Assembly (NCBI GenBank): GCA_965153285.1
Contig: OZ229119.1
Length of the DNA stretch: 64,000 nucleotides
Reading direction: 5' to 3' (one strand)
Source of the DNA: Podarcis tiliguerta
Taxonomy: Eukaryota
Part shown: piece by piece, positions 58,711-64,000 of the stretch
Layout of the letters: each line of letters opens with the position of its first letter
Numbering within the stretch: position 1 is the stretch's first letter
The notes under the pieces: model-generated
Database searches by the model: none
What the model was told of the DNA's origin: nothing
The model's input: the letters and a program-made list of their open reading frames with translations, nothing else
Program-made: the position numbers and the translations under genes

Positions 58711-61700
58711 ATATCTAGTTTTCCTCAGATATTTCCGACATGTATGTTGGCCTTAAGGCAGGCATATGGGACTCTGGCATTTCCTGATACCAGGAAGATA
58801 TAGTTCAAAATCCTTTTGCAGCATAATTCAACACTTGCTAATCTTAACCACTGCTTTGAAGGGGAAGGTGAAATAGCACCACCGATTTCTAAAAGGCAGT
58901 TATACTTATTCTGATGGTGTACACATGTTAACAGCTTTAATCTTGTTTAGGAAGGTCATGGCTAAATTACCTGTTTATATCGGCTTCTATACTTTCAGTA
59001 TACCCTAGGAAAGTAACATGTATGCCTCTTCAGCAGGAAAAATATTGTGTGGAGTAGAGGCAAACATACTCCGCTCTGCATTAACGTGGCCTGTCAGGTC
59101 TTGAATTATGGGCGAAAAGGTGGTGGCATCATTAAAAGAAACCCACAAGTGCCAATCCTTGACTCCACTTTTAGTTAATCATGCTGCCTTTCCCCAGCAG
59201 CCTTCTAAAAAGCTGTGATTTGAGCACCAGTGGCTGCCATCCACAAAACTGATTTAAGGAAAGTGGGTCTACTGTCTATATTAGTCAACAGGCGGCATAA
59301 CAGAACGGTGGACACAGGCGGCTGCTCACCAGTGCTGAGCTATTTAAATTACCTTAGAATACAGAGGGAGCAGGTGGAGAGGAAAGAAAGGAGGAGAGAA
59401 GAGACCAAGCTTTTTCTGGAGGCTGCAGAGGGGACACGGTGGGGTGCTTTGGGATGCAGGTACACAGCCCTATCTGGAGATCTGGGAGGATAAAGCTCTG
59501 CCCCAAGAGGTCAATAGGACTACTACCAGCAGCTTAAGTGCTTGATCATGCAGGAGGATGGGGGTGCAGGAATTACGGATGTGCAGCTGGGGCAAGACCT
59601 GTTGCTCAAAGACAGGAGTTCCAGCTTGGTCCCATGACTGTGGGTGCCTGGGGCCATGGGTGCCATGCAGAGTTCATGGGTGCTCAGCCTCTTCATGGGA
59701 AATTGTTGTGTGTGCTCAGGCACCCAGGGAGTTGGCACCTATGCTCAAAGACTTAGTTTGGTCTCAGGTGAGGAGGCTGCCCAGTGAAATAACTCAGGAG
59801 CTAGTGGAAGCTGGTAGTACTACTGACTTAAAGTGACTTCTGTTTCACCACCTAGTGATAGAAGAAGGAGCAGTAGGTTGATGTTCCCTTGCTGGCGAGC
59901 CAGATGACAACTTGTCTTCTTTCAAGGTGTTCTGGATCGTGTACATGGTTTCCCACCCCTCATTTTAACCTACTGCAGAGAAAGACAGGCAGAAGCAGAC
60001 AGACTCATAGTGAGTTTCATGACTGAGTGGAGATTTGAGCCTAGGGCTCCTGAGTCCCACATACAAGCCACTACACCCCACGGAAACTTCTGTTTCCTGC
60101 AGTTTATACAATGCTCTACTTCTTGACTCAGCTATTGAGGTAAAACAGCTTTGTGCCCAAAAGAGGACTCGTCAAAGCACCACCTTGGCAACAATTCCCC
60201 TTTACTGTGAAGAGAACTGGAGTAGCCGAAGAGTGACAAGGACAGTGAGAGCTTCCTTTGTGTACCGATGATAATCTGTTTTCAACACTTTGCTCGGTAA
60301 TTGTCCTCCAGCAACGCCATCCACTTAGAAAAGGGAATAGTTATGTAACACTTACTCCTATAATGCTGTACAAAGGCAGCTTTCTGTGGCTGATCAGAGC
60401 ATGTACAGTGCATTTCTCTGTAGTTGGAAAAACTTGTACGGAGACTGCTCAGGAGGAAATAGAGCAAATGCAGTTTCTGTGGAAGTAATTTCTAATAGTA
60501 TAAATGTTCAGTAGGCTAAACAACAAAAGGGATAGGACAGAACAATATTGTAAGATACACTTGCACTGCTATTTGGTCATACGGCTATTTCCTTGTTAGA
60601 GAGATAGAAAGTCTTTGCAGTATTAAACAACAGAAACTGTCACGGGTCAGTGTTTGTACCTCTCAGTCAGGACAGGGAGTAACCAAATTATTAAATGCAG
60701 TCCTTGAACTGCCCTGGGCAGCTACTGATTTACTTTGTGAGCACCTGCCAAAAGTTAGATCTCTACCTCTGAATCTCCCAACTCAGGGTTGTGCAGTTAT
60801 ATCATTCTGGAATGCCTTCACTCAGAAACTGGATTGATTGGTCTGGGAAATTTAGCTTCATATAAACCAACATGCATGAAGGGGTTAAGATAGTAGAGTA
60901 TGCTGTTTTGGCTAGACTTGACTAGGTCACACCCCCTCATCTTGGGTGATGATTTCTTTGTTCACTTTCTCTTCCACCATGGCAACCCTACCAGGCAGGA
61001 TGTCTGAGCTTGATCGCTCCAAACTCAGACCGTGTGTTCAGAAACCCTTTTATCATATTTTGGAACACTTTTATTTTGGAAGGCATTTGGCTTGAGCACT
61101 TGACTGTATGCTAGCTTTGGTGTCTGGACATTATCCGATGCTATCTTTTCCCAGCTGCCTGCATGTGTGTTACCTTCATTGTCACCTAAAAGGTTTAATA
61201 AATAGCTGAGTGATCTATAGACTTTCTATTACCATCACCTGTAAGATGTGTATTCCCTGAAAGCAAAATAAATTTGTGCAAATGTAAAGTTTATGGAAGC
61301 TGATGTTGCAGGAAGAACATTGAATAGCCTTTGATATATGCATAATAAAGTCTCATTTACTCGAAATCCCCAGGTGTGCAGAGTATTGCAGGCTTTCTGT
61401 TGAAGCTCTTGGTCGAAATAAATGCTGACAGTTTAAATAAAAGTTCTTTTGCTCACCAATCCTTTGGAAATATGGCTTACATTCCCTGGAAATGTTTTTG
61501 AGCTATTATTCTCCCTATTCTGCTTTTTCTGCTTTAGGCTACAATCCAAAACAACAGTCCACAATATTTCTTCCGTTGCTCTTCATCCAATTTTCCAGCA
61601 GCAGTCCTTTTCACACTTACCTGGGAGTAGCCCTAATGAACTCAGTGGGACTTATTTCTGAGTAAAAATGAATAGAGTCACCACACTAGCGGCTATTCTA

Positions 61701-62727
61701 AGAACTCTCCATAGATTTTTCTAATTACTTCCTTTCTATTGTTTCTTTCCCTGTCTCCTTTTCCTCCCTTGAAACTATCTTAAGCAATATTTGGAAAACA
61801 AACAAATCCAGATGTTTTAGACAATCACATTCTAACCATCCTACTGGACACACAATACAGGGTCATAGAATTTTCAGCTGCAGTTCTGTTTTACAGGTGT
61901 GCTGAAGAATGAATTTTTGTTTTAGAGGATATTGATTCTAGCACACCTTGCTGAAGTGAGGATCAGGCCCCAAGATAAGCAAGCTAATGATTCATTTTAA
62001 GAAGGTAAAAGCATGGAACAGTACAGCCCTGCCATATCAGATTAAGACCCATCTAATCTAGCATCCACAGTGGCCAACCAGATGTCTCTGGGAAGCCCAG
62101 AAGGCAGAACATACATTCATATCTTATTTTAGGATGTTTTAGTGTAAAAGGTATATATATATACACTTTATGAGCTTCATGGTATTGCTTTTCATACGTG
62201 GGATAATATGTACTGCTTTCTTTGCTCCTCCTCAATAGCTCCCTTCACTTTCTATTTGTCTGTATCCCGTATGACCCATTGTTCCATTTTAGTTCTTCGT
62301 TGGATACACACACACATAAACTGTTCCTCCTTTGGTGTCGTTTATCCTTTTCTTTGTGGTTTATGGCATTATTCCCCTATTTCCCAATATAAAACAAGCT
62401 TTATTTAATTTGTAAATCCTGTTGCTCTCACTGCTTCTCCAGTGAGAGTCTGTATTTGCTGCTGCGCTTTGTACATTCCAAGTTCAATTACCTACCTTAG
62501 CCAGATCAATTCTCAAGTGTGTAGTTAGAGTTCTTCTTGCCAGGTTCAGTTGGAGGTTGTTCCCAATGAATACTAGGACCCCCCTTCCCCCCCCCTTTTT
62601 AGTTTGGAAGAAGAATTCCCCCCCTCATTTCCTCGACAGAAAAGAAAATCCTGATTGTCTACAAGATTCAGCGGTTAAATTGACACTTCTTGTTTAAGAT
62701 GTTTTTGTGTGAGAGTAAACATAACAC

Positions 62728-63056
62728 GGGCTTGCCGATCAGAAGGTCTGCGGTTCGAATCCCCACAATGGGGTGAGCTCCTATTGCTCAGTCCCAGCTC
62801 CTGCCAATTTAGCAGTTCGAAAGAACGCCCAAAATGCAAGTAGATAAATAGGTATCGCTCTGGCAGGAAGGTAAATGGTGTTTCCGTGTGCTGCTCTGGT
62901 TTCGCCAGAAGCGGCTTAGTCATGCTGGCCACATGACCCGGAAGCTGTCTGCGGACAAACACCGGCTCCCTCGGCCTGAAAGCAAGATGAACGCAGCAAC
63001 CCCAGAGTCGTTCGCGACTGGACTTAACTGTCAGAGGTCCTTTACCTTTACCTTTT
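62728..63056 (+). mobile_element. 5'-truncated Sauria SINE
   Basis: GGTTCGAATCCCC B box, body homologous to the 20887-21250 copy, CCTTTACCTTTACC tail. Confidence 0.88.
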
Positions 63057-64000
63057 TAAAATCATAACTGTACCCTTTGTAACAACTACCTGAAGCACTT
63101 GATACTCACTCATCTCACTGTGCAAGATGGAGTAAGGATAACCATTTGGAAGGGCACTCACAGAAACCAAAGTATATCAGTAGCCAGGCCTTAATGCTCC
63201 TGTTACTCAAAACTGGAGAGGGGGACATTGCCAAGGTAGACCTGCCCTTTAGCCCCTTAGTATGAAGAGCTTGGTGGTTTTTAGTGACACGCTTGCTGCG
63301 TACAGTTGTATGTGTGAAGGCATCAATGTGACCCAGAACTCCAGTTGCGCATGCTTCCCGTTTATGTAAAAGCCTTTGCCACTTACAGCAGTCTGCATTG
63401 AAGCCCCGTCGTGACAGATGGTTGCACTCTTCACACAAAGGATGGGGGTCAGGGTTACTCAGCAACTCCTTGCTCCTGTGTTGAGTAACACAGGAGCATT
63501 AATGTCCACATAGGACTATGAACCCCAGATCTAGCACATAGGTTATAAATGACACTTCTAGTAATGATAGTCACAAACCCCAGGGTCACTGCAGCGATAA
63601 CCTATGAGGACCTGTTGCAATTTCCATTCTGAAAGCAATTCAGCCTTTGTTCCAATGTTTTTCCCCCTCAGAGCTGGGAACTATTCTTACCTTAGGTTCA
63701 TGCCCTCTTATTCCTCTGCTGAATGCTGACTCCGTTCACCATGTAGCCCATATCCTTTTTCTTCTCTTTCACAGTTTTGAATGACTCTCTTTTTTTCTAA
63801 GGAACTGAAAGAGAAAGAGATTCATTTACGATTTCAAATATTTCAGAGCAAGTTGCTGCATTGTTCACATCTGCTTGCAGCAGTTCATTTCCCTCCCCTG
63901 CTTCTTTAAAGCACAACGTACTGATGGACTGAAAGTCCCTGTTTCCATTTCAGTTATAAAAAAAATACCGAAGACTATCTGGACAAATAAATGTATAATG

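Noticed and set aside
52840-64000. Possible further gene upstream of CSRP2
   Set aside because: No exon chain with recognisable protein similarity; only repeats and short incidental ORFs.

Overview
Vertebrate genomic DNA, most likely a squamate (probably lacertid-type lizard, judged from Sauria/Squam-type SINEs, L2/CR1 LINEs and many hAT and Tc1/mariner MITEs). There are two convergent genes. (1) ZDHHC17/HIP14, the ankyrin-repeat DHHC palmitoyltransferase, on the + strand: 15 coding exons (exons 3-17 by human numbering, 2460-33071, 1702 nt in one unbroken frame ending ...GSGYQLV*). Exons 1-2 lie upstream of the window, and a ~2.9 kb 3'UTR follows. Its intron 10 (20504-24603) is a textbook minor-spliceosome U12 AT-AC intron. 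(2) CSRP2, the two-LIM-domain protein CRP2, complete on the - strand: 193 aa in five coding exons (43980->38564), with a non-coding exon 1 and TATA/GC-box CpG-island promoter near 52450-52830. The rest is intronic or intergenic repeat-rich DNA, and almost all ORFs in the supplied track are incidental. The most intriguing observation is a GC/CpG-rich, hAT-terminus-like segment inside the U12 intron that is flanked by good U2-type splice signals (23210-23540). It is in frame with upstream U2 donors and carries a premature stop, so it is a candidate major-versus-minor spliceosome switch (poison or alternative exon). This is an inference that needs RNA-seq.
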